Origin: an uncultured archaeon | GTDB taxonomy: Archaea > Thermoproteota > Nitrososphaeria > Nitrososphaerales > Gagatemarchaeaceae | Reading direction: 5' to 3' | DNA length: 64,000 nt | Assembly (NCBI GenBank): GCA_963796425.1 | Contig: CAWCLN010000007.1 | Span: forward strand, 7,479 to 71,478 | Shown here: positions 9,983-18,800 of the stretch, in pieces | Layout: each line of letters starts with the position of its first letter | How positions within the stretch are numbered: position 1 is the stretch's first letter | The notes under the pieces: generated by a model | Seen by the model: the letters and a program-made list of their open reading frames with translations, nothing else | What the model was told of the DNA's origin: nothing | The model's database searches: none | Position numbers and translations under genes: made by a program

Positions 9983-11197
9983 TTACTCAGTTCCAAACAG
10001 AACGAATATGATCCCGAAGAGCACAACGGCGGCACCGAAATAGAAACCATAGGACAAGGATCCAGTCAAGTCGGCGAGGACGCCAGTCACAACGGGGGCG
10101 AATATTGAAGATCCCATCGCAAAGACGTTCATTACGGCAAGCGCCGCACCAAGGGATTCAGGTTCAATGATGTCTCCAACCCATGCCACGGCCACTGGGT
10201 CGAGGGTCAATTTGCCTACAACGCCGTACAAGGTGATCGCCGCTATGAACAGCAACAGGTTGGAGGTCAAAGCCATCAAGAGTATCGCAAGTGACGCAAG
10301 AGGAAGGATTGCCAAGGCTACTTTCCTCCTTCCAACGCGATCAGTATACTTACCCACGATGAGCGAGCTTGGAATCGCGACTGCAGCGAAGATGCCTGTC
10401 GCCAGTCCGCTGTAGAAGACGCCAAGTCCCCCCACAGATTGAAGAAATGATGGGCCCCATGAGAGTATCACCCAGTAACCGTACAAGGAACAGAACATCA
10501 TGGAGCATATGGCTACGAACCGCTTATTGCCCATTAGCGGCTTGAACAACCCCAGTCGAAAGGCGGACCTGGGTCTTTCTCTCAGGTTGATAGATCTGAA
10601 GAAGAGGAGCCCAACCACGGTAGTGGGAATCGAGAGGATCAGCAGGATCACCTGCCAGTGAGGAATGAATGCCAGGAGAGGTCCTCCAATGCCTAGACCA
10701 ACGACCGTGCCGATGCCCATTCCCGAGTTTATTATCGCGGTTGAGAAGCCGCGCTCCTCTGTGGAGGAGATCTCGCTCGAAATCCTGAATGCCGTAGGAT
10801 AATATGCCCCTGCACCCAATCCATGAACCCCTAGAAGGACCAGAAGAGAGTAGTAGTTTGTACCTAGGACACCCGCAAACGCAAGAGCCACCGCCGCCAG
10901 CAAAAAGAATGAGATCATGGTCCGTTTGTATCCATACTTCTCTGCGATTAGCATTGCAGGAATGGTGAAAAGGACGTAGGTGAAGAAGTAAACTGAAAGA
11001 AGTAGTGAGACTGCCGAAAACGATAATCCAAACTCACTTTGTATTAGTTTCATTAGTGGGGAGATGCTAAGCCGATCGGCATAGAGTATGACCCATCCCA
11101 ATGACAAGGAGGTAAGCGCGAAATAGAAATCGGTTCGAGGTTGACCGGCCGAATTGGTGCCGAATGCTTGACGGAGACTCGTCATTGCGTTTCGCAA
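9983..11197 (-). CDS. MFS transporter
   Basis: 404-aa ORF with about 12 predicted hydrophobic helices and a central loop. Composition is typical of MFS. Confidence 0.8.
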   Translation of the reverse strand: MRNAMTSLRQAFGTNSAGQPRTDFYFALTSLSLGWVILYADRLSISPLMKLIQSEFGLSFSAVSLLLSVYFFTYVLFTIPAMLIAEKYGYKRTMISFFLLAAVALAFAGVLGTNYYSLLVLLGVHGLGAGAYYPTAFRISSEISSTEERGFSTAIINSGMGIGTVVGLGIGGPLLAFIPHWQVILLILSIPTTVVGLLFFRSINLRERPRSAFRLGLFKPLMGNKRFVAICSMMFCSLYGYWVILSWGPSFLQSVGGLGVFYSGLATGIFAAVAIPSSLIVGKYTDRVGRRKVALAILPLASLAILLMALTSNLLLFIAAITLYGVVGKLTLDPVAVAWVGDIIEPESLGAALAVMNVFAMGSSIFAPVVTGVLADLTGSLSYGFYFGAAVVLFGIIFVLFGTE

Positions 11198-11315
11198 CCG
11201 CCCCTTCTCAATGTCGTATTAAGCGTGATGAGTTGTGACAAGCCTTCTTTCGATCTGCTTGGAATCGTGAGAAGATATGAAGTACACGAGGTGCAAGAGC
11301 ACGATTCCGACTGGA

Positions 11316-12461
11316 CTAGCGACTCTTCTTTGAATCCAACCGCTTGATATGTTCTATAACTCTCGGTATGTCTATCTGAACAGGACAGACCACTTTGCAC
11401 CCGCCAGAATGTGTGCATAGGTTGGCAGCCCGGGTGTCGTCGATTGTAATTGCCGACCACATGACGCCTGTAGGTCCTCCATAGGGAGGTGGTGTCCAAT
11501 CAGAACCGAGCACTCCGTAGACTGGGCACGCGAAGTAACAGCGCCCACATTTGATGCAAAGCAGCGCATTTCGGAGGTCTGGATCTCTGGCCGCCTTTCT
11601 TCTGCCGTTGTCAACTAGCACGACGTGGAATTCCTTTGGTCCAGTCGCCGGGGTCACCTTCCTTGACTCTATGTCGGCCGTCGTGCTTGGGCCGGACGTG
11701 ATGTTGATGTATGTCGGCGGGTATAGCCCAGCATAGGCCGACTGCACTTGTGCCTCAAGGAATGCATCCTCGAGTGTGGGGACAATTTTGTCGACACCAG
11801 TAATCGCAATGTGTATGCTCGGAATCACAGTGTCCATCCTGATGTTGCCCTCGTTCTCAACGAGTACGACTGAACCGGTAGCCGCTGCCACAGCATTCGC
11901 CCCCGTAATCCCAACTCTGGCCTTGACGTATTTCTGGAAAAGGAACTTTCTCACACTGGCCACGAGTTCTTCATAGGTGGAGTCCGGCGATACAGAAGCA
12001 TCCAACCTGTCGTGGAGCAACTTGCCTATGCGCTCCTTCGTCATATGCATGGCAGGAGCGACAATGTGCGAGGGGTGCTCTTGGGCCAGCTGCACAAGAA
12101 ACTCACCCAAATCCGTCTCCCACACATCATGCCCATCTTGGGCCAGTGATTCCCTAATTTCCAATTCGAGAGCCACATTGGACTTTGCGAAAAGGACTGT
12201 CCCATCCTTACCGCAGATGTCTCTCACGACCTTTTGGCCTTCGTTCTTGTCCTTGACGAGGTGAGGAATCCCCCCTGATTTCTCAACCGATTCCATGGTC
12301 ATTTTGATATATTCATCAAGGTGGTCAAGCACTTTCAGTTTTATTTGAGTCAGTCTTTCGGCATAGTCTTTGATGTATGGATGGTCCTGGAGTATTCTGT
12401 CGAGACTTGGCACAACGTTCCCTATGGTCCTCTCCAATGCCATGCTCCACTCTTCGTTCAT
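11316..12461 (-). CDS. LUD-domain iron-sulfur protein (LutB-like)
   Basis: Contains 'HIVAPAMHMTKERI' (LUD/LutB-like) and two ferredoxin-type clusters, 'CIKCGRCYFACPV' and 'CTHSGGCKVVCPV'. Its start overlaps the upstream gene stop (12458-12461). Confidence 0.75.
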   Translation of the reverse strand: MNEEWSMALERTIGNVVPSLDRILQDHPYIKDYAERLTQIKLKVLDHLDEYIKMTMESVEKSGGIPHLVKDKNEGQKVVRDICGKDGTVLFAKSNVALELEIRESLAQDGHDVWETDLGEFLVQLAQEHPSHIVAPAMHMTKERIGKLLHDRLDASVSPDSTYEELVASVRKFLFQKYVKARVGITGANAVAAATGSVVLVENEGNIRMDTVIPSIHIAITGVDKIVPTLEDAFLEAQVQSAYAGLYPPTYINITSGPSTTADIESRKVTPATGPKEFHVVLVDNGRRKAARDPDLRNALLCIKCGRCYFACPVYGVLGSDWTPPPYGGPTGVMWSAITIDDTRAANLCTHSGGCKVVCPVQIDIPRVIEHIKRLDSKKSR

Positions 12462-13357
12462 CGAATCACCTCAGCTATGTCACGTATTGATTCGATGTGT
12501 GGCGAGAGGTTCTGGTAGCAGAGCGGACAAGCGACCAGAACGTCCTGGTGAACGGAAGTGAGCTTCGTCGCCCTTGCTTTCGCCATCCTTTCACTCAGCT
12601 CTTCATTCACGGACTCGACTGGGGCTCCGCAGCATGTTGACGTGTCCTGAGCGGTGACCATCCTGTCCTCCACGAGGGTGACTCCAGAATTCTGGAGCAT
12701 GAATCTCACCGTGGTTCCAAGCCCCAAGTACCTTGAATAGAGACACGAATCATGCATTACAAAACTCCCCTTCCCCTCAGTAGGATGAATCAGTTGAAGG
12801 TAGTTCATCACTTCCAAGTCACTCTTCAGAAGTGCCTTGAGTCGAGAGAGCGCGTTTGCGGTATGCGGGTCAACAGTGATCACTCGAGTGATGCCTCGCC
12901 CATCGAAGAAATCAAACAATCTCCTTCCATATTCCAGAAACTCATCCATGAGTCCAAGTTCGAGGAGCAGAGCGCCGCTGTAGGGCTCTTCATCGTACAG
13001 ATAGGCGACTTGCACGCCTGACTTTTTCAGAAGATCCACGATATTGTTAAGAATCAAAGATGCACGCTCGAGCTCTTCTCTCTTAGGCCTCACCAGGAGA
13101 CTGCCCAGGAACGTGAATCTTGAGGCAAGCTTGACTCCGGAGAATCTCTCAAGAAGCTTCGCATATGACTTGAAGACTGACCCGAGCTGATACATGTAAG
13201 AGGTGTAGATTATCGTCTGCCCAGAGCGTGGCAGTTCCTTTGCCCACCTCGCGCATGCCGATTTGTCGACCGGAAGCGGCACGTAGTTCTCCATGAGGCT
13301 CTTGAAGACCGCGTCGCGCACAAGTGACCGCTGCCGCTCTACCTTCGTGTAATCCAT
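12458..13357 (-). CDS. CCG-domain (Fe-S) oxidoreductase (LutA / GlcF / HdrD-like)
   Basis: Cys-rich CCG motifs 'STCCGAPVESV', 'HDSCLY' and 'ACPLCYQNL'. Translationally coupled to the LutB-like gene. Confidence 0.7.
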   Translation of the reverse strand: MDYTKVERQRSLVRDAVFKSLMENYVPLPVDKSACARWAKELPRSGQTIIYTSYMYQLGSVFKSYAKLLERFSGVKLASRFTFLGSLLVRPKREELERASLILNNIVDLLKKSGVQVAYLYDEEPYSGALLLELGLMDEFLEYGRRLFDFFDGRGITRVITVDPHTANALSRLKALLKSDLEVMNYLQLIHPTEGKGSFVMHDSCLYSRYLGLGTTVRFMLQNSGVTLVEDRMVTAQDTSTCCGAPVESVNEELSERMAKARATKLTSVHQDVLVACPLCYQNLSPHIESIRDIAEVIR

Positions 13358-13656
13358 CCTTGCTTCTGCCGCCTCGGAATCTATTAGCCTTGTCCTTGAA
13401 CATAAAGAAGCATTCTAGGGAAACCTGAACTCGCCGGGGACTCCTGCCGCTACGATTTCTAGCGTGGGCGACCTCGTGGACTCGGCGCATATGACCACAT
13501 ACGCTTAAACTCAACTAGCTTACGTACCGATTCCTCGAGCACGAGAGACCAATTTCGTTCCCGTCAACACCCGCCTGCCCGATGAGGAAACGATGGTACT
13601 CCACTGCGCGCGCCCAGATTAGAGTCAGGACGAGGATGGAGTTCTTGCCGCTGCCA

Positions 13657-14973
13657 TTACTCCACTACCACCCTTTTCGACTTGCCCTCGTACCTCGGCA
13701 ACGTACCTTCCTTGACGAATTCGATCTTTGGCGCCAGAAAGATGAGGGTTCTGCGCACCTCGCTAGCTATCTTTTCTCTGAGTTCTGGTGTATCGGATGC
13801 AGAACCCACCTCCACGCTTATCCGAAAGCCTTTGGGGCCGGTTCTGTCGACTTCCACGAGGTAGTCGTTTACTTCGGGGAATCTGAACATGGCTTCCTGT
13901 ATGGCGCTGGGCCAGATCTTCGCTCCCCTGTAATGAATCACATCGTCCAGCCTCCCTGTGACCCACATACAGCGAGGAAAGGCACTCCTTCCGCAGGCGC
14001 AATCGCCTTCGTCTAGTACTGTGAGGTCTCTCAGTCGATATCGTATTAGAGGCATGGCTTCTTTGGTCAGCGTAGTGACCACCATTTCTCCCTGTTCTCC
14101 CGGTCCGGCTGGTTCATTCGTTTCCGGGTCGATGACCTCAAGGTAGAAGTGGTCGGTCCAGAAGTGGAATCCGTTCTCATACTCACATTCCTGCCCGCTC
14201 CCTGGCCCGAGCAGCTCAGTCGCCCCGTAGACATTCCTCGCTCCTCCACCCTTCTTCTTCAGCCCGAACCCCTGCTCTATCCGCTGTCTCATCTGTTCCG
14301 TCCAAACCTCGGCGCCCGGAATCGCGACTCTGATGGAACTCTCAGTTGGGTCGATTCCGATCTTGCGCATGCTTTCGAGCACATAGAGCTGGTAGGAGGG
14401 AGTTCCCGTCATGACCGTCGGCTTGAAATCGCGGATGAACTGGATCATGGCTTCCGTCCTTCCCACGCCCCAGGGTATCACAGCAGCCCCCACGCGACGA
14501 CAGCTCTGATGGAATCCCAGGCCCCCAGTGAAGAGGCCGTAGCCGTAGAGGTTGAGGAGTATATCGCCCCGTCTCACGCCAGCAGTCACAAGCGTCCTAG
14601 CCATCACGTTCATCCATGTTTCGTGGTCCCTCAGCGTATAGGGCCCTACCGTGGGCCGACCCGTCGTTCCGCTGGTCATGTGCCATCCGATTACCCGTTG
14701 CCTAGGAACGCAGAGAAAATCGCCTCCGTAGGGATATGAGTACTGTCTTAGGTCATCCTTCGTTGTGAATGGGAATCTCCGAATGTCAGACAAATCACCG
14801 AGATCGGACGGGTCGACCTTCTTTTCCTTGAAGACCCTCCTGTAGAAGGCGCTCTTATCATAGACATATTTCAGAATGAACCGAAGCCTCCTCTTCTGCA
14901 GCCGCCTAAGCTCTTGCCTGGAGATGCGCTCCAGACTCCTTTCCCAGTACTTGGGACCGTTCGACCGTGGCAT
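13657..14973 (-). CDS. Phenylacetate-CoA ligase family protein (PaaK / coenzyme F390 synthetase-like)
   Basis: 438 aa. AMP-binding core 'MTSGTTGRPT'. Length and C-terminal domain are typical of the PaaK family. Confidence 0.85.
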   Translation of the reverse strand: MPRSNGPKYWERSLERISRQELRRLQKRRLRFILKYVYDKSAFYRRVFKEKKVDPSDLGDLSDIRRFPFTTKDDLRQYSYPYGGDFLCVPRQRVIGWHMTSGTTGRPTVGPYTLRDHETWMNVMARTLVTAGVRRGDILLNLYGYGLFTGGLGFHQSCRRVGAAVIPWGVGRTEAMIQFIRDFKPTVMTGTPSYQLYVLESMRKIGIDPTESSIRVAIPGAEVWTEQMRQRIEQGFGLKKKGGGARNVYGATELLGPGSGQECEYENGFHFWTDHFYLEVIDPETNEPAGPGEQGEMVVTTLTKEAMPLIRYRLRDLTVLDEGDCACGRSAFPRCMWVTGRLDDVIHYRGAKIWPSAIQEAMFRFPEVNDYLVEVDRTGPKGFRISVEVGSASDTPELREKIASEVRRTLIFLAPKIEFVKEGTLPRYEGKSKRVVVE

Positions 14974-15374
14974 GCTCGCTGACCCACCCAGCCATACGGG
15001 TATTCAAGGGTATTTCGCATACTCTGAAAAGCCACCCCGAAGCGGCCGAAGCGTTCCGAGGCGAGGGGGGAGATGCGAAACAACTCGCGATGCAGATACT
15101 AGCTAAGGTTGGGGACGCCGTAGGGGCCGAATCGCTCGACTCGATTCGCAGGAAAGCTTCGACGGGCGGTCCTGAGGAGTATACTCTGCTGGCGGTCAGG
15201 AGGGCGAGAAACAGCACGCACGTCTGGGAGACTGAGTGCGAGAAGGCTGAGGTCTTCCAGATGAGGTGTAGCTAGTCAGAACGACGGCAGTAAAGAGGCG
15301 GAAACAAGGCTGTTCAAGATGGCCAAAGTGATCATTGGAGCGTTCGACCGCAGTCGTGGCGGCAGGTTAGGGCT

Positions 15375-16304
15375 TCAGTGTATGGTGCCCTTGACCGTCC
15401 CAGGCTTTCCTCCAGCTTCCCCTGGGACATCGGCCATTGGAGGACTCCTCGGAGACTGTGGTGTGCGTGTTCTGATCGTGAGAAAATACGGGGCTTTCGA
15501 AATTCTGCGCTCTGGGTCGAGCGCCACAAGGGTCAACTCGTGTACCCCTGGGCTGGCTGAGACCGGTATAGTCAGAGTCCACTGTCCCTCGAGCAATTTC
15601 GAAGAGCGAAAGGGGGCCAGACGGGTAATCCTTCCTTCCAAGCCCGGTAGGCTTTTCACGCCAGCCACAGCGAACTCGACTGACTCGGAGTATCCAGAGA
15701 GATAGAAGGGGATGGTGAAGGTGCCCCCAGCCTCTGTGGAGCCGACGTTGTTGCTGACTGCAAGCAGTAGCTCCGGGTCGTTTTGGCTGCTGGGGGTCGA
15801 TTCCTTCTGGGCCCCTGCTGCCGGCTTCCCGCCGAAATCCTTCGAACCACCCGACGCCGACTCGGGCGACCTTTTCAGTCTGGCGGCTTGAACGGTCTTA
15901 ATGACATCGCCCGCCTTCTTAAAGCCCGCTAAGAACGCATCCGAGTTGTCAGATGGATTGGCTAAAGGAATCATCTTGACCAGCGCCAGCAATTCCTTTC
16001 TGAACTCCTCGGGCTTCTTCTTCTTGTTTTGGTCCACGAAGTAACCGAGCGCCATGAATACGTTGAACTTATTCCCTGGTAGCTCGCTCACAATCTGCTC
16101 AACCTCTTTAGTGCTTGATCCAGAAAGGAAGGTTTGCTCGGGCTCCCTCTTGAGGAGTCTCAGCTTTTCCCTGACTTCAGCCATCAGCTTCAGGGAGGTG
16201 AAGCAGACTACTCGTTGACTATCCTCGTTCGACATACCTCTCTGATAGACAAAAGACGAGTTTTGATTGGAACCATCCCGAAAGTGGGAGGCAGACATGT
16301 ACAT
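15375..16304 (-). CDS. Hypothetical protein (no signal peptide; C-terminal beta-sandwich-like region and Pro/Ser-rich tail)
   Basis: 309-aa ORF with protein-like composition and no family recognised. It is divergent from the radical-SAM gene with a 69-bp spacer. An alternative start is M24 at 16235. Confidence 0.5.
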   Translation of the reverse strand: MYMSASHFRDGSNQNSSFVYQRGMSNEDSQRVVCFTSLKLMAEVREKLRLLKREPEQTFLSGSSTKEVEQIVSELPGNKFNVFMALGYFVDQNKKKKPEEFRKELLALVKMIPLANPSDNSDAFLAGFKKAGDVIKTVQAARLKRSPESASGGSKDFGGKPAAGAQKESTPSSQNDPELLLAVSNNVGSTEAGGTFTIPFYLSGYSESVEFAVAGVKSLPGLEGRITRLAPFRSSKLLEGQWTLTIPVSASPGVHELTLVALDPERRISKAPYFLTIRTRTPQSPRSPPMADVPGEAGGKPGTVKGTIH

Positions 16305-16342
16305 TCTGACTTTTACTTTCAGTGATGAGAGAGTACGCTCAG

Positions 16343-16350
16343 TTTAATAA
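16343..16350 (+). promoter_or_regulatory. TATA-like box for the radical-SAM gene (leaderless geometry)
   Basis: 'tttaataa' is centred about 27 nt upstream of GTG 16374. Confidence 0.35.
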
Positions 16351-16373
16351 CACACTCAGGCGGAATTGACCGC

Positions 16374-17417
16374 GTGGAGACCCCCGCGCTTGACCAGGAC
16401 ATCAGACACCTGACCGCGAGGGCCAGGCAGGTCAAGGATCCGGCGGTGGCCAGGAAGGCGGCTTTCAAGGCGTGGCGCACTATGAGGGAAAGGAACAGAG
16501 CCCGGGCTTCTAAGGGGACCTCCAATCTCCTCCAGTTCGCTGACGACCTGCTCTCCCTGCCACCGGGTATGGTATCAGGGTTCTATGTCCTAAACCCGCC
16601 CCTGATCAAGACCTCGAAGCTGACCTACGTGGAGAAAGGAGGAATAGGGAAGCAGCTCTCGGACGGGTGGGTGATCAATTTCGCGATAGGCTGCACCTTC
16701 GGATGCAGGTTTTGCTACGTCGACGAGATCCACAAGAAGTTTGGTTTCAGGCGGGCTGGCGGTCTAGTCTACAACGACTGGGGCTCCTACTTCGCGGTCC
16801 CGAAAAACATGGAGGAGGTCATCGAGAAGACGGACTGGGGGAAGTGGAAGGGCGAAGAGGTCATGCTGTCGTCGACCCACGACCCATATCTGCCCCAGCT
16901 GAAGAAGTGGACCAGGGTCATCCTCGAGCACGCGCTGCCGGCTGGGGTCAAGTTCTGCATCCAGACCAGGTCGCCCCTGGTGGAACAGGACTTCCAGCTG
17001 CTTCATGAATACAAGCGTCAGGTGAGGATCCAGGTCTCAATAGCAACCCTCAACCCGGTCCTATCGAGGATGGTTGAGACCAGGGTGGTCCCTCCGGAGC
17101 GCCGGATGAGCATACTGCGGAAGGCCACCGAGGGAGGTCTCAGGACGGGCGTCATTATCGCCCCGGTCTTTCCTCCCGTTAGGATCAGGAAGAACGTCAA
17201 AGCGGACCTGGAGGCCATAGCTCTGGAGCTCAGCCAGATAGGAGTGGACCACGTCTACGGCGAGTCCCTTCACGTAAGGGGGATCAACCTAGCCTACGTC
17301 GAGAACGCAATCGGGGAGAAGCTCGAACTCGCTGGTTTCGACAGGAAGGCAGAGGAGACGTTCTACGAAGTCCTCGGCAAGTATGGAATGAAAGGCATCT
17401 GGTGGCCAGAGCACTAG
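16374..17417 (+). CDS. Radical SAM protein (COG1533 / SplB 'DNA repair photolyase'-like) with a basic N-terminal extension
   Basis: Canonical CX3CX2C in 'NFAIGCTFGCRFCYV'. A downstream 'LSSTHDPY...IQTRSPLV...VSIATL' pattern resembles the COG1533 family. The first ~95 aa are Arg/Lys-rich ('ARARQVKDPAVARKAAFKAWRTMRERNRARASK'). Confidence 0.8.
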   Translation: METPALDQDIRHLTARARQVKDPAVARKAAFKAWRTMRERNRARASKGTSNLLQFADDLLSLPPGMVSGFYVLNPPLIKTSKLTYVEKGGIGKQLSDGWVINFAIGCTFGCRFCYVDEIHKKFGFRRAGGLVYNDWGSYFAVPKNMEEVIEKTDWGKWKGEEVMLSSTHDPYLPQLKKWTRVILEHALPAGVKFCIQTRSPLVEQDFQLLHEYKRQVRIQVSIATLNPVLSRMVETRVVPPERRMSILRKATEGGLRTGVIIAPVFPPVRIRKNVKADLEAIALELSQIGVDHVYGESLHVRGINLAYVENAIGEKLELAGFDRKAEETFYEVLGKYGMKGIWWPEH

Positions 17418-18707
17418 TCACCTGAAGTCAACAAGGCAGTCTTCGGGATAGGAGTTCTTCCTCGCATCCCCGCGATGAACAACAATTTTGCCCTCAGCCT
17501 CGAGTATGCTGAGGATGCCTTTGCGAAAGGCGTATGGAACAGATGGATCTCTCACAAAGCTGTGCAGCTCGAAGAAAGGAACGAGAGATCGTCCCGCGAA
17601 CTTCTTGTACACCAGGTTTGCGGCGTCTTTCAACCAGGCCCGGTCATCAGCAAAGTCCAAGAGTGAGGTCTGACCAGGGGCGAAATTGTAGTCAGAGAAA
17701 GTGTAGTTCCAAGTGCGTCCTGTTCTATGCATCGCCTCTTTCATCACATCGATTCCCCGCAAGTCTTTCGTAAAGTAGACGAGGTCATAGAGTGAATTGT
17801 TGCTCCTGTCTTTCAACTTGAATGAGAGACGATAGACAGGACCAAGGGGGGCTTTCGCAGCATCAGCCTGACGTGTGGCCGCGCCTACAATACCGTCGTT
17901 CAGAAGTTTCAGCCATTCGAGGTTTCGGTCATCGATTCTGGCAATGGCACGAACCCTCTGCAGAACTTGATCATCTATTCTCAGTGTCCGCTTTATCGAG
18001 TCTTCGTGCATCGCATCGTAGCAGAACCGGCTCATGAACCCGGTCATGTATGTAATTAGCAGCTCGCACTTGGGGAACCGCAAGATTCTCCCCAAAAGGT
18101 CGAGGTCCAAATCCGTGTAACCAAATGGGTCAATGAACGCCATGGTAGGGGCGAGGCAGGAGTTCTCGGCCTCGAGGGCAGCAACAAGCGGATCGGCGAC
18201 CCTGCTGAACTCACCCGTCGTGACATCTACACTCCATTTTTCGGGTAGCTTTGTGTAGTTCATGCCACCCTTCGACGAGTACAAGGCGTCGAGTCTTTTC
18301 CGTAGGTGGTCTGCCCGTCGTTCTGACTTCTCCACGAAAAGGAAGATCAGTTCCTTCTTTGAGAGTTTAGATTCGAACAACAGATGTTTGAGTGCTGTCT
18401 GAATTGCAATTAGGGGCGACCCTATTGAATGTTCAGAATCATCGTACTCTCCTGGACCCGCGAATCCATCCAGGAAGATAATCCTGTTGTCGAAAGTCGT
18501 GAGAATAGGAAACCAAGCCTTCAGGTATTCTTCTAGCACCCGATGCTTGGCTCTCGTGTGCTCCTCCATGTGCAGGAGGACTTCATCCCCCGCTTCCTCG
18601 GGCGCGGCCAATGAGCACTCTGGCGGACGCTGAACAATATAAACTGCCCAAACTACGACGACATGAGAGTTCCATTCAGGTATGGGGATTCTTTCGAGTT
18701 TAGGCAT
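17418..18707 (-). CDS. tcmP: TcmP-like protein (three-Cys-motif partner protein family, TIGR04474-like)
   Basis: 'HTRAKHRVLEEYLKAWFPIL...IIFLDGFAGPGEY...GSPLIAIQ' matches my recollection of the TcmP N-terminal signature. The first 46 codons belong to a repeated element (see findings), so the true start may be ATG 18569. Its stop codon abuts the stop of the convergent radical-SAM gene. Confidence 0.55.
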   Translation of the reverse strand: MPKLERIPIPEWNSHVVVVWAVYIVQRPPECSLAAPEEAGDEVLLHMEEHTRAKHRVLEEYLKAWFPILTTFDNRIIFLDGFAGPGEYDDSEHSIGSPLIAIQTALKHLLFESKLSKKELIFLFVEKSERRADHLRKRLDALYSSKGGMNYTKLPEKWSVDVTTGEFSRVADPLVAALEAENSCLAPTMAFIDPFGYTDLDLDLLGRILRFPKCELLITYMTGFMSRFCYDAMHEDSIKRTLRIDDQVLQRVRAIARIDDRNLEWLKLLNDGIVGAATRQADAAKAPLGPVYRLSFKLKDRSNNSLYDLVYFTKDLRGIDVMKEAMHRTGRTWNYTFSDYNFAPGQTSLLDFADDRAWLKDAANLVYKKFAGRSLVPFFELHSFVRDPSVPYAFRKGILSILEAEGKIVVHRGDARKNSYPEDCLVDFR

Positions 18708-18775
18708 GATCCGGCTGAGCGTGGGCTAGTCAGCCTCACGGTAGATACTCAGTGACGCCTTGCCCAAACTCGTTC
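18640..18775. repeat. Copy 1 of a ~130-bp partly palindromic element (contains the 5' end of the TcmP-like ORF)
   Basis: The minus-strand arm 'gatcatgcctaaactcgaaagaatccccata' is identical over 31 nt to 21905-21935 on the plus strand. A degenerate plus-strand arm 'cacggtag...gccttgcccaaactcg' lies at 18737-18772. Confidence 0.65.
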
Positions 18776-18800
18776 TTGTCAGAGCCCTCTCGTGTATGAC

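Noticed and set aside
9807-9985. Possible fourth, degenerate copy of the palindromic element: 'cacgacgtgagccttgaactcgag' at ~9807-9835 (plus strand) and 'cgagtttgg' at ~9969-9980.
   Set aside because: Only short matches (<=12 nt). The arm spacing (~140 bp) differs from the ~50 bp seen in the three solid copies, and one arm lies close to the MFS gene 3' end. This is too weak to call without an alignment tool.
14967-15275. A 102-aa plus-strand ORF in the 400-bp gap between the PaaK-like gene and the 309-aa orphan gene.
   Set aside because: No motif, no TATA-like box at the expected distance, and an unremarkable composition. It cannot be supported from sequence alone, though it is not excluded.
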